A stretch of 63,928 bases of DNA, counting the filler, from Craspedostauros australis (Eukaryota), in the NCBI GenBank assembly GCA_030167865.1. It is 9 parts of 9 records of this genome, joined end to end, with 100 filler letters (N's around TTAATTAATTAA, not from the genome) between each part and the next. Parts side by side here need not be neighbours in the genome. Positions count along the whole stretch, not along the records: positions 45,199 to 47,811 come from JALAGF010001647.1; positions 47,912 to 56,227 come from JALAGF010001648.1; 7 more parts are not named here. The stretch is one strand, 5' to 3'. Of this stretch, positions 45,199-56,327 are shown piece after piece. Under the pieces are notes generated by a model. It saw only the letters and a list, made by a program, of their open reading frames with translations. It made no database searches and was not told the origin of the DNA. The position numbers were made by a program, and so were the translations under genes. Positions within the stretch are counted from its first letter, which is position 1. Each line of letters opens with the position of its first letter.

Positions 45199-45656
45199 GG
45201 ATTCAACGACGCTGGTGACGCGACCATGCTCTCATCGGGTCCCACCATGAGCATGATGGCCATCGCCATGTCCGTGATTCCGTATTGATGATACATCAAT
45301 CGTGCCGCATCGTCCTTCAAGACTTCGTAGGCCTTCTGCACATCTTCCAACTTCTGTTGAGCATACTCGTATGCGCTGCCTGTGTCGTTCTTCTGCGTTG
45401 ATCGGATCTTGTCGGGATGATACTTGCGAGACATCATGCGGTACTGCTTCGTGATCTCGGCTGTCGTTGCGTTGGAGCGCACCTGCAGAACATCATACAG
45501 AGTGGTGTCGTGCGGTGGTTGGGAGATGTGCTTGCGATGCATCTTGAGCAAGATCGAGGACACGTCGGGTGCCTTAGCGGCAGCCATGGTGATGGCCATG
45601 CTCAGCGCGATGCACAATGCAATCCATCCCGTCTCCATCATGGTGGTCGTTCTCAT
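45199..45656 (-). CDS. DnaJ-domain protein with signal peptide, copy 1 (3' truncated by the gap)
   Basis: TLYDVLQV..NAT..EI.KQYR..SRKYHPDK...AYEVLKD...R..Y (J-domain with HPD); hydrophobic N-terminus. Confidence 0.85.
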
Positions 45657-46249
45657 CTGAGCAAAGCTGCGACTAATCCTGGTACGGATACGGATACTCG
45701 TACGGATACAGATACAGATACGGTCACTGGTGGTTGGTTCTGCCCGTCGATGACGCTGCGCAAGTACGGATGAGATGAAAGTCAAACAGTGACGTCCCGT
45801 CGAATCATCGTTGTTTGTGTTTGAGACTTTCTGGAGAAAACTGGTCGTCCACACAAATAGTAGTAGTGCTATACGAGAACTTGTACGACTACTCGTACGA
45901 TCTATGAGGATGGTGACAACAAGATCGATGGTTGTGTGTGTTGACGATGGCAACGCAGAATTGATGAACAAAAGAGGGAAATGTGTGTTGGTTGTGGCGC
46001 CAAATCGTGTGTTGTTGTCACGTTGCGGTTCTCAAACGACCCGCTGAACTCGTTGGACTCAATGCAACACATTCGTTGGTGTTTCGCACTTCACGAACAC
46101 CTGTTGTAACCGTTGGACACAAAGATCACAGTCAACACTCAGCGATTTGCCAGAGGAGGCAAAGGAACATGTCATCATTCCACTCCCAACAAGGGAGGGA
46201 GGACAGCATCCAACTGCATTGCGCCGGTTGTGGCGGAGAAGGGGGTGCA

Positions 46250-46441
46250 TGTTGGAAATCCGGGGTGGTGTGATAGTAGAAAGCTAATCGTTTGTTAGAA
46301 TCTACTTCTCTGAACTGTGAGCTCTTCATTGCTCTCAATTGCAAAGTTCGATCTCCTCCTGAGATCTCCATGGGTCCCTCTGTTGGTCTAGCAGGCATCC
46401 ATCTTGCGTTCATTGCAAATTCATCATGGACATGCATGCAC
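46250..46441 (+). repeat. Dispersed repeat, copy 2 (homologous to 21241-21430), inside sequence specific to the DnaJ copy-1 contig
   Basis: Alignment by eye with 21241-21430. Confidence 0.7.
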
Positions 46442-47911
46442 CACCGAGCACCCCATGTTCGTGCACAAAAGCACGTTGTCCTCCTCTGATAGGTTCAATG
46501 CCTTAGACATCGCCAAGTTGTAGGCATCGCACAGGTCGGTCCATTCAACCAGATCACGATCTTCCATTCGTCATGGGAACATCCTGGTTGGGAACTCATT
46601 CAGCTCCTTGGCCATCACACATCTCCGATCATCTCCGATGTTTCGCCTGTCGTTTCTCCGCTTACTTTGCCGATCACTTCACTGGCTTCCTGGAGGTTCC
46701 TCATACCAGGTTCGTTCACAGGCCATCTCACACTTCGTGACACCGGCCATCCTCCAGTACTCTTTTCTCATTGGTTGCGACATGGGGGCCGTAGTCGCGT
46801 GCATCGTGATGTTGGTCACGATTCCAACATCCCTGCCCCCTGCGACATTCACGTGTGATTGGCATTCCTGCATTGAGGTCACGAACGCCAAGGTACGGTT
46901 CGCATTCGGCACGTGTCGTTCTCCATCATCAGAACACGTGCAGCTCACATTTTTCTGTCACAAAGATCCAAAGGTGGGAGTTGCGGTAATGTATTATATT
47001 ATGACATTCGGCTCCTTACTATTGGGAGGTGCGGCAATTCGGTGTTTCAGAACACCCGATTCCTGACAGGTGCATACAAGATGTCCTGATGTCAAAAGGG
47101 GCACATCGGTGACCATAGCACAATCGCTGGCAGCAGCAGCAGTAGCAGCAGCAGGAGGAGGAGGAGGAGCAACGTCTGTACGAACACCATGTCGTTGCAG
47201 ACGACCACCAAGTCGACCTGCACGCAAAGCGATTTTCATCCTGGCATGGTCTGCAGCCTGGGACAGCCATCCATCAATCCATCTCGCTCACTAACGTCAA
47301 CTTGGCACCAGCGTTGTATCCCTCCTCATCCGGAGCGCACACCCACCGAGACCAGCTCCGCTTTCCTGCAGTCTCTCAGAGAGGACCGCAGACAAAATTG
47401 GAAGCTTCGAGCAGCACGTCAAATGCATGAGCGTCAAACCGCAAGCAGGGCAGACTGATCAAGAAATCAAGTTTGATCTCGTTGGCTTCCTCTCATCATC
47501 CTTCGGCTCTGGAATAAGCGCAGCTATCACCGTCGTAGGCTTCATCTGCAGCTCCGTTAAGGCTTTGTGGCATGGCCGTCGCAAGTCGTACACGCACCCT
47601 CAGCACCATTCTGTGGAGGCGAAGAGCATTCCGAAACGATCACCATGGCCAAGGTGCTGTGGCGTGTTGTGGATACGTATATCGTGGATGCGTCTATCAT
47701 GGATGCGTCTATCATGGCTGCGTTACAATAACACCCAACCTGCAAGCTTGTCATCACTGGCCATTCTCTTGGTGGCGGTACGGCTTCGCTGTTGCATCTG
47801 TGGATCCATTCNNNNNNNNNNNNNNNNNNNNNNNNNNNNNNNNNNNNNNNNNNNNTTAATTAATTAANNNNNNNNNNNNNNNNNNNNNNNNNNNNNNNNN
47901 NNNNNNNNNNN

Positions 47912-48369
47912 GGATTCAACGACGCTGGTGACGCGACCATGCTCTCATCGGGTCCCACCATGAGCATGATGGCCATCGCCATGTCCGTGATTCCGTATTG
48001 ATGATACATCAATCGTGCCGCATCGTCCTTCAAGACTTCGTAGGCCTTCTGCACATCTTCCAACTTCTGTTGAGCATACTCGTATGCGCTGCCTGTGTCG
48101 TTCTTCTGCGTTGATCGGATCTTGTCGGGATGATACTTGCGAGACATCATGCGGTACTGCTTCGTGATCTCGGCTGTCGTTGCGTTGGAGCGCACCTGCA
48201 GAACATCATACAGAGTGGTGTCGTGCGGTGGTTGGGAGATGTGCTTGCGATGCATCTTGAGCAAGATCGAGGACACGTCGGGTGCCTTAGCGGCAGCCAT
48301 GGTGATGGCCATGCTCAGCGCGATGCACAATGCAATCCATCCCGTCTCCATCATGGTGGTCGTTCTCAT
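47912..48369 (-). CDS. DnaJ-domain protein, copy 2 (coding sequence same as copy 1; probable allele)
   Basis: Same translation from MRTTTMM to SPASLN, and truncated at the same base next to a gap. Confidence 0.8.
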
Positions 48370-49068
48370 CTGAGCAAAGCTGCGACTAATCCTGGTATGA
48401 ATACGGGTACTCGGACGGCCACTGGTGGTTGGTTCTGCCCGTCGATGACAGTGTGCGAGTACGGATGAGATGAAAGTCAAACAGTGACGTCCCGTCGAAT
48501 CATCGTTGTTTGTGTTTGAGACTTTCTGGAGAAAACTGGTCGTCCACACAAATAGTAGTAGTGCTATACGAGAACTTGTACGACTACTCGTACGATCTAT
48601 GAGGATGGTGACAACAAGATCGATGGTTGTGTGTGTTGACGATGGTGACAGAATCGATGGAACAAAAGAGGGAAATGTGTGTTGGTTGTGGCGCCAAATC
48701 GTGCGTTGTTGTCACGTTGCGGTTCTCAAACGACTCGCTGGACTCGTTGGACTCGTTGGACTCAATGCGACACATCAAACGTGAACCACAAATGACGAAA
48801 AAAGCCATTCACGCAAGCAACTTGACATGCGCGGAAAGATGAGGAAAGAACGAACAAATCAACAAGGGAAACAATCAACGGACAAGTCTCCATCTTGGCT
48901 ACCTGTGTACATCCATCCATCCATCCATCAATCCATCAATCCATCTTGACTTCGGAGTGTCCACATCAAGCCCAGAATCACTGGCAATCGAGGGAACGAA
49001 GGTATCCGCAAGCGGCTCTGTCCAACAGCAATCCAAATACTTCCATCTTTCAGAAGAACGTCCGTGGC

Positions 49069-50094
49069 ATGCATACTCGGACATCCTCTGCAAAGCCGTT
49101 GGCACTCATCGTGATGTGGTCGTCCTACATCGGACTGTTGACGTCGGTGGTGCAGAATCTACCGCGAACTCGGGCCTTTACTCCTGTCACAACACGATCG
49201 TGGGCCGCCACTGCGATACAGTATTCAAATTATCGCCGTTTCTCCTTCAGTGCTCTGTACGCAGCAAATGACAGCGACGATGACGATTCAACAGCGACGA
49301 CGTACAACCTGCCAGGATTGCGCAAGGAAGTGACACGCCTCGCACTGCGCGCGCACAAGAAGGTCGGCAAGGCTAACCAGCGGTTCCAAAAGGCAACGCA
49401 AGAGGTCGATCGGCTCGCATCCGACCCCGACGCCACTTTACTAGAATTGGAAAAGTGTCCCAACGTCGATGCTCTCGAAGCCGATCTGAAGGATATCCAG
49501 CTGCGCCTGAAACGACTGAACCAGCTCGAGGTGTTGCTCAGCGACGTCAAGGGCAAAAAAGCGTCGTCGCAGGATCTGTCGCAACCCATTCTGGATCTGA
49601 TCGATGAGCTGGAGGTCTCCGACGAGCCGCCGGCCAAACAGGGACGAGGTCCCAAGAAGGAGAAAGGACCGCGCAACATGCAATCATTCCGACTGCCGTA
49701 CCGGCGATTCTATACGGCAGGCAAAGTGGAGATCCGCGTCGGCAAGCAGGCACAGGACAACGACGAGCTGTCGTGCAACCCGCAACATCGCGACGGCGCC
49801 GATTGGTGGATGCACGCGTCGGGGTGCCCTGGCAGCCACATCGTGATCCGGTCGCACGATGCCAATTTACCCGACGACGTTGTACAGGATGCCGCGGCAT
49901 TGGCGGCACGGCAATCCAAGTGCTCGGGACAAGTGATCACGGTCAGCTTGACGCGTGCTCGCGATGTGAAGAAACCGCCCGGTGCCAAGGCTGGCCTCGT
50001 GCAGCTGACGGGGTCCGTCAAGACCATCCGCGTCAACATGAAGAAGGCGCAGGAACGGTTGGATCGGTTGGATGCGACCATGCTGGTGAACTGA
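49069..50094 (+). CDS. NFACT RNA-binding (DUF814) domain protein with a probable bipartite plastid presequence
   Basis: IRVGKQAQDNDEL...DWWMHASGCPGSHIVIR...AAALAA..SK...V......DVKKPPGAKAGLV. Hydrophobic N-terminus followed by TRA-FTP. Confidence 0.85.
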   Translation: MHTRTSSAKPLALIVMWSSYIGLLTSVVQNLPRTRAFTPVTTRSWAATAIQYSNYRRFSFSALYAANDSDDDDSTATTYNLPGLRKEVTRLALRAHKKVGKANQRFQKATQEVDRLASDPDATLLELEKCPNVDALEADLKDIQLRLKRLNQLEVLLSDVKGKKASSQDLSQPILDLIDELEVSDEPPAKQGRGPKKEKGPRNMQSFRLPYRRFYTAGKVEIRVGKQAQDNDELSCNPQHRDGADWWMHASGCPGSHIVIRSHDANLPDDVVQDAAALAARQSKCSGQVITVSLTRARDVKKPPGAKAGLVQLTGSVKTIRVNMKKAQERLDRLDATMLVN

Positions 50095-50775
50095 ACGCAA
50101 TAGTAGAGCATTTGTAGAGCATGTCATTCCATGATTTTACATTCCTTACGTGGTCATCATGCCGTCTGAAGAGGATTATTGTATCACGTATTATATTATA
50201 TGACACAATCCATGGTGTCATACACACGAATGCTCTGAGTTTTCGCCCCAATGTTTCCCTATCTTATTCGCCTCTCTAGATAAGATATCCGTAGAATGGC
50301 GAAGACGTTTTCGGGATACTGGATCCAATAGGTCGAATCCAAGATTCGCACACGTCAGTCCGATTGTGCGAATCCTTCTCGGTTGAGTTGGCTGATGGGT
50401 GTGACGTGATTGGGTACGTGAGAAGTGACGGTGTCAACGACGCCAGATGCCAGCGACGCGACGACAGGTCAGCAACTCCACAAGATCGACACCAACTCAA
50501 CCCACATCATCATCAACACAAGACAAACAAACAATCGACGACGACACAGTCCACATCATTCGGCAATAGCAGGAGCAGCCAGACCAGGAATCGAAGCACC
50601 AGAGCGCAGATTCGCATAGTTCCATCTCCTGTCCGATCCAACACCCTTATTCCATTCAACATTCGCATCAGTCTAAGCCACACCAATAGCAACAATAGGA
50701 GCAACAGCAACATCAATACTCTCTCAACCAGTATCAGCAACACAGAAGCAACAACAGCAACAACACAGAACAACC

Positions 50776-51396
50776 ATGATCTCAAGAACAGCAACCACCG
50801 CAGGACTCCTCGCCCTGGCTATCTGCGTCGTCACTTCCAACGCATTCTCAACACCGGGCACGTACGTCGCCGGAAGCCTGCGCAGCGGTCTGCAGCAGCC
50901 GCTGGCCACATCCTTCGCCTTGCGCATGGCCGCAGACGATGGCAAGGACGTCGCCGCCGCGACAAAGTCGGACGACCCCATGGCCGCCGCAGAGGAGGAA
51001 GAGCTCGACGAGGCAACGCGCGAGGCCATGGAGAAGGCGCGCCGTGCGGATGAACTGCGTGCGCAGGAAGTCTTCATGAAGAAATCCACGGGCGTATACG
51101 CCTGCACGAACTGCGATTGGGAGTACGACGAGGCCAAGGGCGACAGCATGATGATCGGTGGCATGATCAAGCCGGGCACCGAGTTCAAGGATTTGCCAGC
51201 CGATTGGCGTTGTCCGGTCTGCCGTGCCTCCAAGGATGCCTTTGAGGAAGTCGTTGAGGAAATTCCAGGATTCGAGGTCAATCAGGGATACGGATTCGGT
51301 ACCAACGCCTGGTCGTCCGGACAGAAGAATGCCGCCATCTTCGGTGGACTCGCCGCGTTCTTCTTGCTCTTCCTGTCTGGTTACGCGCTTTCGTAA
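50776..51396 (+). CDS. RBD1: Plastid thylakoid rubredoxin (RubA/RBD1-type)
   Basis: [11 protein letters not shown]...[20 protein letters not shown], then [12 protein letters not shown] and a C-terminal TM ([18 protein letters not shown]). Signal peptide with an SNA-FST cleavage motif. Confidence 0.92.
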   Translation: MISRTATTAGLLALAICVVTSNAFSTPGTYVAGSLRSGLQQPLATSFALRMAADDGKDVAAATKSDDPMAAAEEEELDEATREAMEKARRADELRAQEVFMKKSTGVYACTNCDWEYDEAKGDSMMIGGMIKPGTEFKDLPADWRCPVCRASKDAFEEVVEEIPGFEVNQGYGFGTNAWSSGQKNAAIFGGLAAFFLLFLSGYALS

Positions 51397-51824
51397 ATGC
51401 AAAAGCGTTGGACTCTACCAAAGCATTCTCAATCTCCAGGAGTAAATGTAGCACATTCAATTTGGCAGCAGCAGCAGCACAGAAACGAGTCAAGCAGAGC
51501 ACTCTAACTGACTCCACACTCGAGACGATACCAGAGTAAGGGATCAGTTCGCGTCGCAGATTCAAGCATCCGGCGAAACAGAACTATTACTTCGCGCGCA
51601 GGAAGAACCTAAACTGAAAGAACAGGAGTGTGCAGTCGCACACTCGCTGTGTTGAACAATACAATAGAGTAAAGTACTTCCAGTTGCCACAGTTCCATAT
51701 TATATTATACTATTGTCGAGTTTCGGCTATTATATAGCATAGGAGTCGAGAGACACCCACGGTCGGAGATGTCGCGCATTGTCGCCATCTCTCCGAAGAC
51801 CAAATCGTCGAAACTCCACGATGA

Positions 51825-53213
51825 TCAGAGCAAACGCTGCTCTGCTGTGTCCCTATCAACAATACTGCTGCTGTTGTTGCTACTTCCGCTGCTGCTAGTA
51901 AGCTCGTCCCCGTCACGATTCCCGTCCGCGTACTCGTATAAGTACACACCGACCGCCACGAATAGGATTGCCACGTAGAACGACAACGTGGGAATCTCGT
52001 GCACTACAATGATGGAAAAGACCGCAGCCCACAGGCTTGACGATTGCAGGGATAGATTCAGCAGGGTCGCATCGGATTGGATCATGAAGTAAGAGGCGCT
52101 CATGTAGTACGCCACAACCGATGCAACGTACCAAGCGCTCGTCCCAACGATGTCTGCGTCCAATTGCGACGTCAACGACAACAAACGATCGCGTTCCAGG
52201 AACGGTATGAGGACGGAGGTCGTGATGGCACCCAGCAATCCAAGCATGCCCAAGTATTCGTACCGATCCACGTTCTTGACGAAGTACTCTCCCACGGCGT
52301 CGGCAGCACCGTACGTGATGGACGCCATGATAGCGAGGAAGTCACCGAGCAGCGGGTTGCTGCCGGAACCATCGGCGCTGTCGTCGGAGATGGCGCTCGT
52401 GCTGTTGCCAGTCATCGTCGCAGTCGCAAGGACGGATGTCCATGTGTCCGTGGATGATTCTGCCGTGCTGTAGTCTGACCACACGTTGCAAACTCCGCCG
52501 ACCAAGCAGAGCGCCGCCCCCACGTAATGTTGCAGATGAAACCGCTTCTTCATCAGCCACCGGCACGTCAACATCGCGGATGGAATGGTCAGCGTGCTCA
52601 GCAGCGTCGCGCTCGTCAAGGACGTGTACTGCAAGGAGCACAGCACCATGAAGTTGGGAACGATATCCATCGCCAAGATCAGCATGTATTGCCAGAGTGG
52701 TGCCTTGTGGGGGCAGCAGAAGGAGGATGGTGATTGATGTGGCTGTCGTTTGCGGAAGAAGAGATGCATCGCGAGGCAGACGTAGCAATTCCACAGCAGG
52801 AACAGCGGAACGACGATGCTCAGTTCGTTCTCCATCGTGTAGGATGCCATGTTTTGGGATGCTGCGATCAAAGCGATGACCTGACCGAACATCAGCTGCA
52901 GCCAAGCTTTGCGTTGCTGTTGATCGGGTTGCTGGTCCTGTGTGTTGCTGTTCCACCACAGCAATGATGCCTGTTCGTTCTGTACTTCGCGCTGCTGTTG
53001 CTTCTGATGGTGTTGTGGATGTTGTCCTTCTTCCACACGCACGATTGGGACACTGGGATCTCGGATGTCATGGTTGTTAGGAGCATCATTGATACTGGCA
53101 AGGCCCCCATCCACCAGATCATCGGCGGAAGATGATGAGATCAAATGAGACCTTGACATGGGAGTGTTGTTCTCGTAGTCTTGAGTACTATGATATAGCG
53201 CAGCGGTCGGCAT
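51825..53213 (-). CDS. SLC35F1/F2-like drug/metabolite (DMT) transporter
   Basis: LMFGQVIALI...WQYMLILAMDIVPNFMVLCSLQYTSLTSATLL...GDFLAIMASITYG...EYFVK...EYLGMLG...ATLLNLSL; about 10 TM segments. Start codon uncertain. Confidence 0.85.
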   Translation of the reverse strand: MPTAALYHSTQDYENNTPMSRSHLISSSSADDLVDGGLASINDAPNNHDIRDPSVPIVRVEEGQHPQHHQKQQQREVQNEQASLLWWNSNTQDQQPDQQQRKAWLQLMFGQVIALIAASQNMASYTMENELSIVVPLFLLWNCYVCLAMHLFFRKRQPHQSPSSFCCPHKAPLWQYMLILAMDIVPNFMVLCSLQYTSLTSATLLSTLTIPSAMLTCRWLMKKRFHLQHYVGAALCLVGGVCNVWSDYSTAESSTDTWTSVLATATMTGNSTSAISDDSADGSGSNPLLGDFLAIMASITYGAADAVGEYFVKNVDRYEYLGMLGLLGAITTSVLIPFLERDRLLSLTSQLDADIVGTSAWYVASVVAYYMSASYFMIQSDATLLNLSLQSSSLWAAVFSIIVVHEIPTLSFYVAILFVAVGVYLYEYADGNRDGDELTSSSGSSNNSSSIVDRDTAEQRLL

Positions 53214-54183
53214 GAAGCTGACGTTTCCGCCAGTGTCTTCTTCACTCTTCACTCTCTATGGTCTTTGGGCGTTTTCTATGATGGGAAGTCGCAATTGAGT
53301 CATAAAATACATTCTCCACTCCGTGATGGCGTCGACTTGCAATGGAATGCGTGGTCGTGCAACCCGCAGTGGCCGATGAACTGCGGAAGAGGCAGAAAGG
53401 GCCTCTGCATGTTGCGAGGGTCGCCGGGAACTGCTCTGGACCATCACACTCAAATGGCGTCTGGTCGCTCTTTGGTCCCATCGTTGCTTTTCTTCGTTGG
53501 TCTGAGTTCTCCTCACTTGATGTGTCGTTCCACGTTTTGGAAACCATTGGATGTCATGACACAGATCGCGAACACAGTTGGTTCGACTGCAACACAGCTC
53601 GAACAAAAACAGGTCAGGACCGTTTGATCGTCGTCGGTGGACTAATAAATTTGAACAATCAATACTACAACTGTCCTTGTCACGTCAATGAATAGTCTAG
53701 CGAGTCGATTGATTCTTGCGCAGCCGTTAACATCAAGCGAGGCGTGTCAGTTGACACCACAAAAACAAGAACAAGAGCGAGCTCGCCACAAAGTTGTCCC
53801 AAAACGAAAGTACGCTGACCTGCCCCAATACAGTCGCCACGAAAGTATGAGTAGTCTCGGCAACAATGCCATTTCGTGTACTCAACGAATATGTGTCGTA
53901 CTATTCTATGCGACGGGAAACCATGCGACAAAATGGGCCAAGAGGCATCTGTGCCCCTGGAGATCAGTGCGAATGAATGTATGACCTTCATCGAACTAGC
54001 TGTGTGTGCTCCGTCGAGTAGTCACAGAGGCAGTGACGCTGTCTACGATGGAAATCGTTTGAGTTTAGGTTGGTGGGTTGTCTATTGGTCTATTGGTTTG
54101 GCTTTGTTATGTTGTGCTATGACGACATGTCGTCTATACTACAAGTGCTTCAGTGCACTCCCCCTCTCCCCCTGTCTCTTTCT

Positions 54184-56147
54184 CTAGTAGTATGATACGT
54201 TGGTTGGTGTCACACGGACTGCCGAGTCCATCCCATCCATTCGACTGTCGTACGCAGCAGTCTGGTTCGCGTAACCACCATGATGTTGATGCTGATGCTG
54301 CGAATAGTGATGGTGATAGTGGAAGTGGTGGTGGTGATGACGTTGGTCGCGATCATACTCGTAGTGGTGACTATCTGTGTGGACAAGGCCCCATTGAGCT
54401 TCACTGCGCCGATGGCGTTTGTTGGAAACGTCATGAGCACGGTAGTACTCGTGTTGTCCACTGCTGTCGTACAGATCATCGCTCACGTACCCACATCCGC
54501 TGTCATAGTCGCCATTGCAATCGCAGTTGTTGTTGTTGCAGCTGTTGTAGTAGTTGGCCAACATCTGACAGTGCTTCTCGTGACGGATGCTCGATGCTGC
54601 GGCGAAGGAACTTCGCAACTTCTCAGCTTGCTCACGTGACATGGCGTTGCATCTGTCGCTGGATGGATAGTACTTCTCGATATTCATCGAAGGACTGGTG
54701 TGCAATGCATCGATGATGCTGGCGATCTCCATCTCGAACTTCATCAGCTGCTCGTCGGTCTTGCTATGGAAGCGCTGCTTCAGGTAGTTGTGCATCATGG
54801 GGCCGACGCTGCTCTTCATACTGATGCTGGAAGTGTTGCTGGCATCGGTGTGGCCACCCTCGAGGGCGATGGCAACAGCAGCGACCGCGATCTTTCCTGG
54901 TGCGTGCAGAAAGTGGACATCGGAGTAGGCAAGAGCATTCTGCGCGATGGCGAGTGCGCGTTGGCTGATGCTGGAGGTTGATGTAGCAGCAGCAGTAGAC
55001 GAAGTAGATTTCGATGTCGATGGTGTGGCTGAGAATGACGCCGTTGATACAGATGCCGACAGCAGTGGTGGTGTCATGTTTTGGTTCTGCGAGATGCATT
55101 GTTCATCAACGTAGTGGCACACTGATCGAGGCGAGTGAGCTCTTGCATTGGCTCCAACTCTGGTGGCCTCATCCATTTGCGCAGTGTTCATTGTGTTCAT
55201 GGCGTTGGTCGTGGCAGCGAATGACTCCAGCTCCTGAGACAACACCCGGATGGCCCCGTACGGGTGATGGCATCGCAGCTGGTAGTTCAAGCCAGATAGA
55301 AGGTTGCGTTCTGCTTCTTCGATTTCCCCACCGGAAACAGAACGCAACTCATGTCGGACAAGCGGCAATCGCCGTGCCTTATGCTCGATGACAGTTGTGG
55401 CATGGGACAGGACGTCGATCTGTACCATGGAATCATACAAAGAATCGTGAATAAAGTAGAGTGGTGAAGAATGGAGAATGGAGGCATCAGGAGATGGCAG
55501 AAGAGGTGGAGAGTGTGAGATGACATTCGATGGCATACTCATGGATGACCTTAGATGACACGGTTGCATTCAAAATGGGGGTTGTTTGAACTCACATTCA
55601 ACCGAGCGTCGCAGTCGACCTTGACAGCGAGCAATGCGCTAGCAGCAGCAACGTTGCGAGGGTGGAAGTCAATGACCGAGTTGGAAAGGAAGAAGCGTCG
55701 GAAGATCATGATGGCTGTGGAGACGGTGGATGTGCTGCGTCGCAGTTCAGGAAGGATGGCCTTGGGTCCAACGAGCTGCTGGATCTGATGCGCATGGAAC
55801 TGAACCAAGGATTCCTGATCGTTGGCTGAGAAACTGGAACTGGAATCCACATTGGCAGAGATTGATGGAGATGGAGATGATGGCAGTGATGATGACTTGG
55901 CGGAGAAGCCAGAAGCGAAGTGTTGTGCCTTTGGCTTGGTGGCCTGGCTCATTTGTGGCTGATGACGGCGTCTCTTGTTAGTCGCATTGCAAGATGCTGG
56001 AGACTGCGGCTGCGACTGTGGCTCTGGCTGTGCTTCTTGCTGATGCTGATGCTGAGAAACGGCCATCTGACGACATTCATCCAAAGATGATTGAGATTGA
56101 AAGATCCAGAACTTGGCCTGCGTCGACCGATCGAAGTTGACCACCAT
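54184..56147 (-). CDS. Cyclin H-like; 2 exons (56147-55596, 55419-54184)
   Basis: FDRSTQAKFWIF N-terminus, STAIMIFRRFFLSNSVIDFHPR...LLAVKVD cyclin box, E..LLSGLNYQL.CHHPY; phase-0 GT-AG intron. Confidence 0.85.
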
Positions 56148-56327
56148 CTTTCCTTCTGTTTATATCTATTCGAATGCTTGCTGTGTATTGGTATGCACCA
56201 GTGTGTGTGGATGCGGATGTGAATGCANNNNNNNNNNNNNNNNNNNNNNNNNNNNNNNNNNNNNNNNNNNNTTAATTAATTAANNNNNNNNNNNNNNNNN
56301 NNNNNNNNNNNNNNNNNNNNNNNNNNN

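Noticed and set aside
45199..48369. True tandem duplication of DnaJ
   Set aside because: Identical truncation points at gaps make allelic haplotigs more likely; kept only as an allele/insertion finding.
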